Source: Eledone cirrhosa
Lineage: Eukaryota
DNA: 64,000 nt
Assembly (NCBI GenBank): GCA_964016885.1
Contig: OZ024758.1
Span: 18,414,001 to 18,478,000, forward strand
Direction of reading: 5' to 3'
Shown: in pieces, positions 1-11,865 of the stretch
How positions within the stretch are numbered: the stretch's first letter is position 1
Layout of the letters: each line of letters begins with the position of its first letter
Notes under the pieces: generated by a model
The model's database searches: none
Told to the model about the DNA's origin: nothing
Seen by the model: the letters and a program-made list of their open reading frames with translations, nothing else
Translations under genes and position numbers: made by a program

Positions 1-466
1 TTAACCCTAGGTAGGCCCTACAGGACGTGGGTGTCTCAACCTCACATTCGTAGACAATGTTACTAGAGAGGCATTTGTCGGATAGAGGGAAATTCAACCC
101 GATTCCTACAATTACAGTTAGTACTAGGTACAGGGTTGCACGTATTCCTACGACTAGGTAATTTAGTTAAATTTGAAGCAGTGATGTTACGTGCAAAGTT
201 AGGAGTCGTAGAGTAAGACATTTTAATGGTATTTCTATTAAAAATGTTATATATTTATTCGCTGGGGGGAAAGGCTTCAAAATCTTAGCTAATGGTGTGG
301 CCACCTCCATATTATATGGTTGGTTATACCATATAATACGTCGGGATCTATTTTTCCTAGGTCTATTCTCATACTCAATATATGCTACATTATCGATAAA
401 TCCACTCCGAGCAAGAGCTTCATTGTAATATGTGGAATGGTCGGTGAAAATGTGCTCGTTTGTGGA
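1..466 (-). pseudogene. Penelope-like retroelement ORF fragment (thumb-linker-GIY-YIG endonuclease), probably Naiad clade; 5'-truncated, 2 frameshifts, runs off the window
   Basis: Manual minus-strand translation: STNEHIFTDHSTYYNEALARSGF...KNRSRRIIWYNQPYNMEV...FPPANK / NIFNRNTIKMSYSTTPNFARNI...CNCRNRVE / FPLSDKCLSSNIVYECEVETPTSCRAYLGL. IIWYN-P, SYS--PN, a CxCx5(C)PL-x2-C zinc motif and IVY...YLG (GIY-YIG) are PLE hallmarks. Missing from the ORF track. Confidence 0.88.
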
Positions 467-550
467 TTTTTTTTAGTTTCAGAAGATCCCGTTAAGGGTG
501 AAAGCAGCGATTCTTTGCTTAAACTTTAATCTGTTATTTTAATAAATAAT
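467..550 (+). mobile_element. Family A pLTR-like segment, inverted relative to the PLE ORF, ending in (TA)n
   Basis: Abuts the truncated 5' end of the ORF; near-identical sequence at 20353-20430 and the tail only at 18877-18900. Confidence 0.75.
475..525 (+). ncRNA. Type I hammerhead-like motif, family A (CAGAAGA core)
   Basis: AGTTT-CAGAAGA-T.CCC gttaa GGG.T-GAA-AGCAG cgattct TTGCT-T-AAACT: stems I, II and III all pair. Confidence 0.65.
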
Positions 551-3500
551 TTATATATATATATATATATATATATATGCAGACATGCATACACACATAA
601 TGCTCCAGCATTTTTAGGAATCAGCAATCTATGTTAATCAGAGAAGAGATCGAAGCACGCATTCAATCTCAGGGTATAATCAAGACGTACATTCAAAGAT
701 TGCGACTCAAAATTTATCGTACGAATATGACGAGATTTAACTAAAGAATTGCTCACATTATTTGCTACTCATTAAAACGTATTACCGGCAAGAAAGAATT
801 TCACATATTCAGCTATTTCGCTTTTGTTATATGTTTATTTTACCACGCATGCCTTGCCGAACACAGTGGCTAATTGCTTGCACGGTCTCAGCATTTTGCT
901 TGATATATACTAAGATAATTACCGACCATCACGATAAGAGAAGATGCTTATCCAAGTATATCGTGCAATGTGCTTAACCCTGAACGTCATGCATATAAAG
1001 CAAAGCACTTAAATATAGTTTCGTATACGAAATGTTTATTGTAATTCGTAATTATGCTTATTTAAACACATTAACTAGAGATCTCCTAAAACAGATTCAG
1101 TGGTGTAAATTTAAAGCGAAGTTGATTGTGAGTTGTAAAGTTCGACGTCACTTAAATAACTTCCGTTAGTTCTGTGTACGATTTATAACCGTATATTTTG
1201 TCAAGGTTTTGTTGTATCCATCACATATATTGGGTTTTGTTCTTTAAATTGAAACAGTTTTCCAGCAGGTACAAAGTGTATATTAAGATTAAAAGAGAGT
1301 TTTTCTTGCTAGGTTTAGATTGCCAACATATAGTGAATACAACCATTTGCCAAACAAATTCAGGGAACATATAGTAAAGCATTTAGAACTCATTAATCGC
1401 ATATGGAAAGAAAGATTCAGTGGACACAACCTATGGTCTAATGACACATAATGCACATAAAGAGAGATTGATTACAATTTATAGTACAGCAAATATCGGT
1501 CAACGTACAGCAGACATGAATATATTGCGAAATACTACACCCGCAAAAACACTTAAAAGCTACTTGTATATTATTAGACAATGATACACTGAATACAACT
1601 AAGAATAGAAATAATTTTATTTAAATTACAACGGATATATTAATAGCGATTCAAGCAGAATTAATTTTTGATTGAAGAGATTTAGGTGATATAACTTATA
1701 GATATGTGATATTCAATAAAACAATTTACATTTAATTGAAATGTCCACAAGCTATACGGTATTTTACTGTTTTGATGAAATTCGCGATAATGTTTGGAAA
1801 TAAAGAATTTTACTATATTTGGTATTCACCAGGATTTTCAGGAACGGACAGCAATAAAAGTCAATGTTTGTTCCAGTATTTAAATCCTGTATGTTAGCTT
1901 ATTCGAACATTCAAATGAAGAATTATTTTCAGTCGTAGGTTAATATGTTGCTTTATATACTTAAGGTTTTAAAAACATGATTTATAAATGACAAAAAGAG
2001 AAAAAATGAAGAAATGGAAAGAGAATGAGGTAAGTGTGAGGAGTGGTGGTGCGGAATCTATGCCTTTGGACAGAATACGTCAACTATGCCACCGGAAACA
2101 ACCAGTGACCTCCACTGTATTCAGCTATTTAACATTGCTCAGCTGCTTCGCCAATCGGGATAAGCTCGTTCTAACTTGAAAGACAGCCATCCTGAGACCG
2201 AATACACTAATTTTTTAAAGGTGATCGGTATAAAAGTGACTCGATTAAACAATGAACGGTATTCAGTCTTCTTCCCCCTCTTCTAACTAACAGGCGCCAG
2301 GGTTTTGTAGCCAAATCGGTGAGATTGATAGCGGATAATGAGCTTTTAGCTCTATTATTTTTCAAGGAGGACCAGATGTTCCCTGCTAATTATATTCTAT
2401 TTTCATTTGTTTGATTTTGTTTTTTCCTGGTGTTCTACAGAACAATATTCGATGCTTTCCTAAATCTAATCAATTTGAAAATCCATGTGAGCTTTTGTAG
2501 CTACACGTTTTAAACACAGAAAGTATTTTTGTGCATATCATGCTTATCAGGGTACATGATTCTAATGTCTGTACATCCTCGGTAACCTAGGAGATATTTT
2601 GTTTGTCAATGTTTTCTTTCCTCTTAAAGAGATGTTTCCACATTATTATTTCATCTGCTACAAACTTGAACGTTCGAGGCATTTTATTTGATGCACGTTG
2701 TTACTGTTAAATGATGTTTCCAGTTGGTATGAGGAGTGTTTGTCATATTAAATGAAAATCATATGATAATAATAGAGTGGTTCTCTAAGAGATATTGATC
2801 CTGCTCATTATTTTCTTTATATCTTTACCGCTTGTCTATCTCTCTGTGACTGTAAATATTCTAGGGTGTACAGTTTATGTGATGGGATAGGTATTAACAT
2901 GTATATAAAGTGATATGTTTGTGTTTATTTCGTAACGTTCTATGTAGCAGTTTATTGTTTACTGTGTCAATCTTCGAGCATAATATGCAGGCACAATACC
3001 GAATAACTATGTTGCAAATCAACAAAATAATTTCCTAGAATAGAATTACGAAATCGGAAACAGTCTCGCTTTGTCTCTTGTACCTACACACAAAGGAAAG
3101 CAGTAAATATTTAAAATTAAATCAAGTCTCGCGGCAAGTTCCTGACACAAATTACCGATTCTTGTGGGCCATAGTAAATTCAAGTGTCAACCCATAATTT
3201 GATACCGATATAAAAAATGTGCTTGGGCGATCTGTTGCCAGAGGAACAGTGTTGTACGTCTAGCAGTATTTTAAACATACCACTGATCTTCCGAATGCTA
3301 TTCAGTTAAGTCCGAGAATTAACTAGGTAACGACAAATAATAACATGGTTTAATACGTGGCACTGGAATCAATGTAAATAACATGGTGAATGGTCTTCTT
3401 ATAAATCACCTCATAATTCCTGACGATACATACAGCAACAGTAAATCACGTGAACCACTTGATTTATAGTTTCTTTCATTATGTGTTTTGCTATGTTGTG

Positions 3501-4469
3501 CGTTTTGTTGTTTAATTTAAGCTGCTGTTGTTGGAATCGTTTGCAGAAAAAAGAATAGTGATATGCATTTTGTTGTACTTTATTTCATGGTGATTTGAAG
3601 TGAGTTTAAATGAAGTTTTATTTCTATTTGCTAGATTTGTAGCTATGTTTAAGTATGATAGTGTTACTTGACAGTATGTGTGTTAGCTTTGCTTAGATGT
3701 GCCACTATATAGACAATGCAGTGACAAAGACAGTTGCGGTAACAATAGACGGAGCAGATAATGGAAATACATCAATGAGTGACAAGTGGTTTGTATCGAA
3801 TAACATTTATCGTGTCATTTCAATACTGTTGAAATCCAAGCCATTATGCTATATAAATGTATTGAAAAGCTAGTACTGTGGGAATACTTTTACTGGTGCT
3901 ATGATCACATGTGAAGCAACATTGGAAGGCAGTAAAATAGAGGTTTTGAAGTAGTTCTGAGATCTATTATTCAGTTACGAGAAGTGAGCTGAAATGGTAA
4001 TTTCTATAGTCATGAAAATGATCATTCTTTTTAAAAAAGAAAAAAAGAAAGACGCAAAAGGGAAGAAAGAATAGAAGATATAAATTTAAAAGGCAGGAAA
4101 GGGAAAAAAAAGGAGAAACTTGCATTACACTTTTGTGAAAACAAACACTATAGTCAGAGTTTATCTGAAGATTTAAATTTGATCGAGTAAGGTGAGGACG
4201 TTCTGTAAATTTGTCCAGAGAGGCGAAAGTAGAAACGGGAAATTAAGAATGTTTCTTCATAACGACGAGGTTCAATATTTGTTCTCGCTGCTCAGTACTT
4301 TGAGAGTGCATTTGCAACTATAGTCTCCGGCAGTCAATGCCTGTTTAGGATCATTTCGGAGTCGAAAACTATGTTTCCACTCACACTTTAACACTTAGAT
4401 GCCGATAATACTTACAAAGATAACAAGAAAAATACTGTCACTACCACGATCATTGTAAATAAATGTACC

Positions 4470-4555
4470 GCTGGTACTACTACTAATACTACTACTACTA
4501 GTACTACTACCACAACCACCACCGGAACCACTACTATTACTTCAACTACCACTGC
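4470..4555. repeat. (ACT)n/(ACC)n trinucleotide repeat
   Basis: Directly visible. Confidence 0.85.
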
Positions 4556-4638
4556 ATTAGCAACAAAGCCAACATACTAAATTCAGCACAAATAATTGTT
4601 TCTACTGTTTAGCAAAAGGCCATCAATTATACTAGTGA

Positions 4639-4819
4639 GGACCATAACGCAACATAGTACTCAATACTTAGTGTAGTCGAGTCCAGAAATAGCCGTTGAA
4701 ACGGCTTAAGCTCTGGCGTCGGGGTCCTACTTTTTCCTATTTTCCACTCTACTACACTAAGTATTGAGTACTCTGGTGCGTAATGGTCCATCTGGATCCT
4801 TACCGCAATTCCTTCGTTA
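4639..4819 (+). mobile_element. Family C unit with inverted 5' part, ends CCTTCGTTA-(TA)n
   Basis: 4639-4680 is the reverse complement of about 4748-4790; the family recurs at 8.3, 11.0, 19.2, 25.3, 37.0-37.7 and 61.4 kb. Confidence 0.8.
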
Positions 4820-4873
4820 TATATATATATATATATATATATAAGATCAAAAGATAGTTAAAAGTGTTCCATG

Positions 4874-4945
4874 TATTTTATTGTGCGCATTTCAAAAAAC
4901 AAATATCAACATGCTGTGACATTTGAGTTTTCGTCAGATAAAATA
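4874..4945 (-). ncRNA. Hammerhead motif, family B variant
   Basis: TATTTTAT-CTGACGA-AAA ct CAAATGTCA cagcatgt TGATATTTG ttt TTT-GAA-ATGCGCA(C)-A-ATAAAATA; U16.1 mutated to C. Confidence 0.7.
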
Positions 4946-5183
4946 GGGACACATGATATTAAGGTTAAAAAACACTTGTGAATAGTGCAGTTTTAAATCA
5001 ACATATGAACAGTTGTTTTAGATTGATGTGTGATATTGGGAAACAAATTTGAGGGTGAGGGTTAGAAAGGATGAAAAAGAGTAGGAGAACGGAGGTGGAG
5101 GAGTATAATAAGGAAGGATGAGATAGGAGGAGAGATGGGTAATAGAGAGAGAGAGATAGCTTTTATAACTGAGAAAAATATAT

Positions 5184-5295
5184 TTGTTTCAACTTTAGGC
5201 ACAAGGCCAGCAATTATCCAGTGCATTACTGGTACTTTATTTTATCGACCCAGTAAGGATGAAAGGGAAAGTCAACCTCGGCGGGATTTGAATTC
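5184..5295 (-). mobile_element. tRNA-derived SINE, 3' part
   Basis: Matches the recurring SINE (GATGAAAGG-AAAGTCAACCTCGGCGGGATTTGAA). Confidence 0.85.
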
Positions 5296-5386
5296 AGATC
5301 GTATAATGATTGCTAATAATGAGGACTACATATCGAAGATTGCGTTGCGATTTGTTTTTGGCCCCCGCCGAAATACGAACTCGCAG

Positions 5387-5459
<73 letters not shown>

Positions 5460-5564
5460 ATATAACATAATTCAATTTAATAGAGATAAACACACATATT
5501 TATACATATATGTGTTCAAATCATTAGGGACCATATTGTAAGGGACTAACTCAATTTATACTTT

Positions 5565-5612
<48 letters not shown>

Positions 5613-5616
<4 letters not shown>

Positions 5617-6613
5617 CGGGTAAAATTCCCGAGATCCATGGACGAGTTTTCTCCAGCGGTCTCTGTCCCTCATTATCGCTGCCATGTCCTGCGTCTCCAA
5701 CAGACCAGTGTCTGTCCTTAGGGCATAAACATACGTTAACATTGGTATTCCTCTTTCAGTGTGTCCATGTAGGGACTCCCACAGAAGCACTGAGTGCAAT
5801 GTCAACTCTGGATGTCGGTGAGCATGTTCAGCTAACCTCAGTCTCCTCTGTGTTACCTTTGAGCTGACTTTTGGGATACTCCCATACAGCTCTGAGTCTT
5901 TCATCGTCAGTGTATACTGATTAATGTTCAGAGCCATCCTCAGCATTCTCGTGTAGCACCCATCCACCATCTGAGTGAGTTTCTTGGCCAGTGTCCAAGT
6001 CTCAGACCCGTACAGCAGAACATACACCACTACAGCAATGAAGAGACGACTTCCACACCGATCTCAAGCTGTGGAACGCCGCCCAGTCTTTGCTCTTCCT
6101 CTCAACTACATCATCTTCCGTATTCCCATTCTTTGCTCCCAAATACAGGAAGCCCCCAACCAATTCTAGCGGCTTCCCGCCTACATTAGTGATACCCCTG
6201 GCTTCTCAACATTCTCTACCAGATATTTTGTTTTAGTCTCATTCATTCTCAGCCTCACGCTCATCGACACAGTCTCAACTTCCTGCATCAAATCCTCTGC
6301 CTCCTTCACTGTATTTGTCACCTAAACTATGTCGTCGGCAACTTCAGCATCCGATATCTTTTTCGCTTTAACTCTCCTGCTCTGAGCCTGTGCTACAGTA
6401 AAGCCTGAGTCCTGGTGTTTCGCCAGTGCAAGGCGCATACAATAGTCGACTACGATAATAAAAAGGTAGGGAGCCAATGTATCTCCCTGGAGCACTCATT
6501 TCCAGTATCTGGAAGTACTCTGTCATCCTATCAGGTGTAATGACTTGGGCTTTGGTGTTGGTGTAGAGCACTGATATCTGGTCCACTATCTTCTTGGGTA
6601 TTCCATAAGCCAT
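5613..6613 (-). pseudogene. RTE-clade LINE ORF2 fragment (reverse transcriptase to C-terminus), frameshifted, 5'-truncated, ends in (TA)n
   Basis: AYGIPKKIVDQISVLY..., QGDTLAPYLFII, VADDIV (YADD-like), LLYGSETWTL, DGCYTRMLRMALNI, DRDRWR. Confidence 0.92.
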
Positions 6614-7922
6614 TGTAAGATCTATATACTTACAATAAAGCGTTTGTTTTATTTCATAATTATCTTCGTGTGTAAATTGAAAATATGGAAATTATTTTAA
6701 AATTTAAATCATTTTACATAGATATGATGATAATTATTATAATCAAATTTGTCTAGTTAGTTTCTTTATAATTTCCAGTAATCACGGATTTGGAGTCATT
6801 CAATGAACAAAACATACTGATAACGATGAAAATATTTATTTATTTTACTACATATATATGTAAATATTTAGATATTTTCCAGTATTTTGCAAAGATGTTT
6901 TTTTAAGCTGAATTTAATAACTAATATATATTTGTCTATGTATGTATTTAATAATGACGTGAACGAAAATTGATAAAATTGACAGTAAACAAACTTAATG
7001 ACAAATAGACTCTTATTCATGTAGATATTTATATCACACCACCGAATATTAGTTTAAGCATAGAAATATGTTGCTTCCTTAAATACTACTTCATAGTCTA
7101 TGTGATATGATACATTTTACTACGTATAATCGCCTCATAGTTATTGTAAATGACATTGTTTTTATGCCACTATTACAAAGTAGGATTTGTGATTTTCTCT
7201 CAACTTGTGCCATATCATTACAATGTGTTAGTAGTAGTGCAAATTTAGGCCAACATTTAAAAAAAAATATATGAAACTTGGAAATGGGCTAAAATCACAG
7301 AAAACAACTTATTTTGATCCAAAAATTAAAATTAAATACTTGCATACATGCATGTTTGAACGTTCCAATACGGCTATTGTGCGTTTATATAGATGTATGT
7401 GCCTGTATTTGTGTATGAATGTGAATGCTTATAAATACTTGCATGTATCTATCTATATGCTCGGCTAACAGAAACCGATTTCAGATAGAACATAACACCA
7501 CGCTGTTCGTACTGCACTCTTTGTTGTTTTTGTTTTTAGCGTTTTACTTCTCTCTCTCTATCTATCTATCTATATATATATATATAGAGAGAGAGAGAGT
7601 TTGTCGATCTCGGATTTACAGAAACCTAGCGTGGATGTTGTATGTTATATGTGATCTATATTATGTGCTATACGTGATGCGTTATGTATTGCATTCGATG
7701 TCCACTTGATTGTCCAGGTCAGTGAAAATCTTTTGTTGAGTTCAGTTTTTTCGTTGCTAAGGCAGTCGGCTAGACTGTCGGTCGCTATATTTGATTTGCA
7801 AAGCTGTCTAAACGTATTGTTATAACTCTGGGGTATTATTCTCCATCGAGTACTAAGCTGCATTCCGAATCTTCATTCGTTAGCTTGGTCGCAGCCAAAA
7901 GCTTCGTTAATGCTGTACTAAA

Positions 7923-7966
<44 letters not shown>

Positions 7967-8032
7967 GCGTGTGAGTGTATGTGTGTGTGTGTATATGTGT
8001 GTGTGTGCGTGTGAGTGAGTGTTTGTGTGAGT

Positions 8033-8234
8033 GTATCTCGGGTTCAATCGAGTGTAACCACAGTACGTAAGGTACACAATACATACCAGAGTATACATAT
8101 TTAATATAGAAATGGCTCCTTCGGGAGTAGAATAGTATCATTCAAAGGAAATCCTCAGCAAATCACTGATAAAGGGCCTTCCTGATGATTTCCTTCGAAC
8201 GAAACAGTCCTAGTCCTGTAGAAGCCATTTCTAT

Positions 8235-8236
<2 letters not shown>
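8033..8236. mobile_element. Family D fold-back pair (diverged minus arm 8033-8163, plus arm 8175-8236)
   Basis: The minus arm is homologous to the family D units at 9.8 kb and 21.7 kb. Confidence 0.7.
8178..8224 (+). ncRNA. Hammerhead motif, family D
   Basis: CTTC-CTGATGA-T.TTC cttc GAA.C-GAA-ACAG tcctagtc CTGT-A-GAAG; GUA cleavage triplet. Confidence 0.75.
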
Positions 8237-8282
<46 letters not shown>

Positions 8283-8285
<3 letters not shown>

Positions 8286-8476
8286 CGAAGGAAATGTGGT
8301 AAGGAACCAGGTGGACCATAACGCACCAAAGTACTCAATACTTAGGGTGGTAGAGTGGGTAATAGGAACAAGTAAGACCCCGACGGCTTAGCTCAAGCCG
8401 TTTCGACAGCTAATTCTGGACAGAATTAGCCGTCGAAACGGCTTGAGCTCAGCCGTCGGAGTCTTACTTGTTCCTA
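8283..8476. mobile_element. Family C fold-back pair between two (TA)n tracts
   Basis: Axis near 8419-8420 (AATTCTG-GA-CAGAATT); the plus arm carries GAA-ACGGCT tgagctc AGCCGT-C. Confidence 0.8.
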
Positions 8477-8604
8477 TATATATATATATATATATATATA
8501 TTCGTTGGCTTAGCTGCTGATCGAACTTCGAATATGCTGTACTATTGTATATATATATATATATATATGCAAAAGTTCCATTTATTAATATCGTATATAT
8601 ATAT

Positions 8605-8785
8605 ACAATATATTAATAAATGGAAACTATATTTATAAAACCATATTTATTTTATTATATATATTTCAAGGGCAACCAAGGACAATTATGGTGCGCTTTC
8701 ATCAGATAAAATACAGATTTGTTTTATAAATAAATGTTGACAAACCCTGAAAAAGACAACCTTAACGGTTGAGGCTTCCTGGATA
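8605..8785 (-). mobile_element. Family B unit
   Basis: Close to the reverse complement of about 48930-49110. Confidence 0.8.
8648..8713 (-). ncRNA. Hammerhead motif, family B
   Basis: TATTTTAT-CTGATGA-AAG c GCA CCA..TGG t TGC c CTT-GAA-ATATATAT-A-ATAAAATA: 8-bp stem I, intact core, palindromic stem III. Confidence 0.85.
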
Positions 8786-8794
8786 TAAATATAT

Positions 8795-8867
<73 letters not shown>

Positions 8868-9670
8868 TGTGTGGATGATTATATATATACGAGTGAGTGA
8901 CATATTTTAGTTAACCTGGAATATATACGAGAAGCTTATAAGTTTCGAAGCTACAATAACACGTTCATTAATTTGAAAATGTATTCATGAGAAGGAAATT
9001 AGTAAACCCTGATAAGATTTTGCATACGGTTTGCGTATATACATCGTTGTCGTGGGATCAGAAATTAGAAGAAAATTTCTATTGCAAATATCTGACTACC
9101 TGAAATCTATAGTCATTAGTCTTCTATGGGGAAATAGAATAACACATGAACTAGGTCAGCGATAGTGCCAATGATAATCTAAGTTTATTACGTTAACACT
9201 TCTTTTTCAAGAACCTATGTGGTGTTACGAGTAAGAGCTTTCGGCTCGAAACTCATTAACATGAAACAAAACTAATTATTTCCGACAGTTTTCTATGGTA
9301 ATTATTTTAAGTAATCAACGAAACACTAAAGTGTATTATACTTGGCTTATAGAGCAAGTAAATGAATTGAAACACTAATTCCCTCTCGGAGAAACGTGCA
9401 TATTATGCTTCATGACTGAATAGTATAAATTCAGTGAAAGAAACCTGAAAACAAGAAATGTTGAATTATTGCATTGCTTATATCTAAATAAAATCACTCT
9501 CAGAAAATTCACATCAAATATGTATATTCTTTACACATATCTTATGATTTTAGTCTATTCTCACTCTTTTACATTGCTAAGATGTTCATACAATATCCTG
9601 GTTTCTATCGAGCAAAGGGTGTAGATAATTCTATGCATAGAGCGTTTTCAAAAATCGCACCAAAACAATA

Positions 9671-9750
<80 letters not shown>

Positions 9751-9752
9751 GG

Positions 9753-9803
9753 AGCTTCTATAGGACTAGTACTGTTTCATTCAGATGAAATCTTCAGGAA
9801 GCT
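9753..9803 (-). ncRNA. Hammerhead motif, family D (minus arm)
   Basis: AGCTTC-CTGAAGA-T.TTC atct GAA.T-GAA-ACAG..CTAT-A-GAAGCT. Confidence 0.72.
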
Positions 9804-9850
9804 TCCTGAAGATATCATCTGAATGAAACAGTACTAGTCCTGTAGAAGCT
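9800..9850 (+). ncRNA. Hammerhead motif, family D (plus arm)
   Basis: AGCTTC-CTGAAGA-TATCATCTGAAT-GAA-ACAG tactagtc CTGT-A-GAAGCT. Confidence 0.78.
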
Positions 9851-9935
9851 CCTTCTATAAAATAAAACAATATTACTCTGCCATGTACTGAGTACCTTAC
9901 GTACTGTGGTTATCCCCGACTCAACCCGGGACCTA

Positions 9936-9978
<43 letters not shown>

Positions 9979-9990
9979 CTAATACTAATT

Positions 9991-10469
9991 TGACGGACCC
10001 AGCATAACTATCGATGTTATGACCGGTTGCATCTCAGCGAACTCAATAGGTAATATTAAATACGCTCCCAGAGTATACACATAATTGTTCTCTTCAATAC
10101 AACACACATACATGGGAACCTAGAGTAGTTCCCGAACTCGAGTTTCGCCACACTTAATGCAGCAGTAGAGTGCACCGCACCCCCTGTCCGCATATATTAT
10201 GCAACGATGCATATCGGCGCATGTGGCTTCATCAACGGGTTTCGCCTAATCAATAACCAATCGATCGCCAGAATTCGACTCCACTGCCGGGTATGCCTCC
10301 TTGTGACAGTCAAGAGAGTAAAGCGATTAGCAACTGGGATCTGATACAATGCTGTCTCCCGACCGGCCACAGATTAATACATTTACGTGATGGCAGGAGA
10401 CTAGAAAACAAATAGTCCTGCTCCCGTCATATATATATATAGTGATTTCAACAGATAGTTCTGCTCCCG

Positions 10470-10472
<3 letters not shown>
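9991..10472 (-). mobile_element. Family J unit with inverted terminal copies (ATAGT-CTGCTCCCGTCA at 10412-10429 and about 10455-10472)
   Basis: The TGACGG..AGCA..ACTAT motif at 9991 is roughly the reverse complement of the terminal copies; flanked by (TA)n. Confidence 0.6.
10131..10239 (-). ncRNA. Hammerhead motif, family J, with long stem II insertion
   Basis: CCCG-TTGATGA-A-GCCACA [about 70 nt] TGTGGC-GAA-ACTCGAGT-T-CGGG. Confidence 0.75.
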
Positions 10473-10560
<88 letters not shown>

Positions 10561-10967
10561 GTGATTTCAACATACAGGATTGCTCATATATACGTATATG
10601 TATAGCGTATTAAATATGATTTGGCTAAGCACAAATATATGGAAAATAGAAAAGAATATTGTAGAGACATTCTTAGTATTTCGTAAATTACTTCCTACAT
10701 CAGATACCAAATTACGTTTTTAATTATTCCGTAACTTCGTATCATGCGTCAATTTTAAAAGAATCGGAACAATCATAAGAACTGATCACTAATTAGTCAG
10801 TAAATGTTGAATTAGCAAAACTTAATCCTTATGCAAAGCTTATACTTAAAACAATAGAAGAGATTTGTTTTGAATACAGCACGACCTAATAATTGGTTAC
10901 TGTGCATATAGACATATATTTAAAGCATAGTACAACCGAGACTTTCGTCTTTTATTACCGACATCCG

Positions 10968-11004
<37 letters not shown>

Positions 11005-11020
11005 TAGATATAGATATATA

Positions 11021-11128
11021 GGAAAATGTCCAGGCACCCGACGACTATTTCTGGACTCTACTACCCAAAGTATCGAGTACACTGTTGCGTCATAATCCAC
11101 CTAGTTCCTTACCACACTTCCTTCGTTA
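11021..11128 (+). mobile_element. Family C fragment with inverted 5' part
   Basis: CTATTTCTGGAC-TCTACTACCC...CCTTCGTTA(TA)n. Confidence 0.7.
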
Positions 11129-11247
11129 TATATATATATATATACATATCTATATATATACATATCTATATATATATATATATATATGCAGAGGTTATAT
11201 TCAATTTGTTGGGATTCAACAAGCTTAAAATATATATATATATATAT

Positions 11248-11436
11248 CAATTGTTTCTACCTTTGGCACAAACCACCAATTATCCCAATGTATTACTGGT
11301 ACTCTATTTTATAGACCCCATAAGGATGAAAGGAAAGTTAACATCGGCGGGATTTGAACTCAGACCACAAAGGGCCGTAACTCTTTGCTGCAAACATTGT
11401 GTCCGACTCTATACTGATACTGCCAATCCACCACCC
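11248..11436 (-). mobile_element. tRNA-derived SINE, near full length
   Basis: A-box-like TGGCAGTATCAG, B-box GAGTTCAAATCC, conserved central CCTTTCATCCTT--GGGGTC-ATAAAATA-AGTACCAG, 3' GTAGAAACAATT. Confidence 0.9.
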
Positions 11437-11439
11437 TAG

Positions 11440-11865
<426 letters not shown>

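Larger units (their letters stand above)
9744..9938. mobile_element. Family D fold-back: near-perfect 116-bp palindrome (9744-9859) plus 3' extension to (TA)n
   Basis: Axis inside GGAAG|CTTCC at 9801/9802. Confidence 0.88.

Noticed and set aside
9222-9263. GAGC tttcg GCTC GAAAC hairpin resembling HHR stem II
   Set aside because: No CTGANGA core; it folds as a simple imperfect hairpin and has only one copy here.
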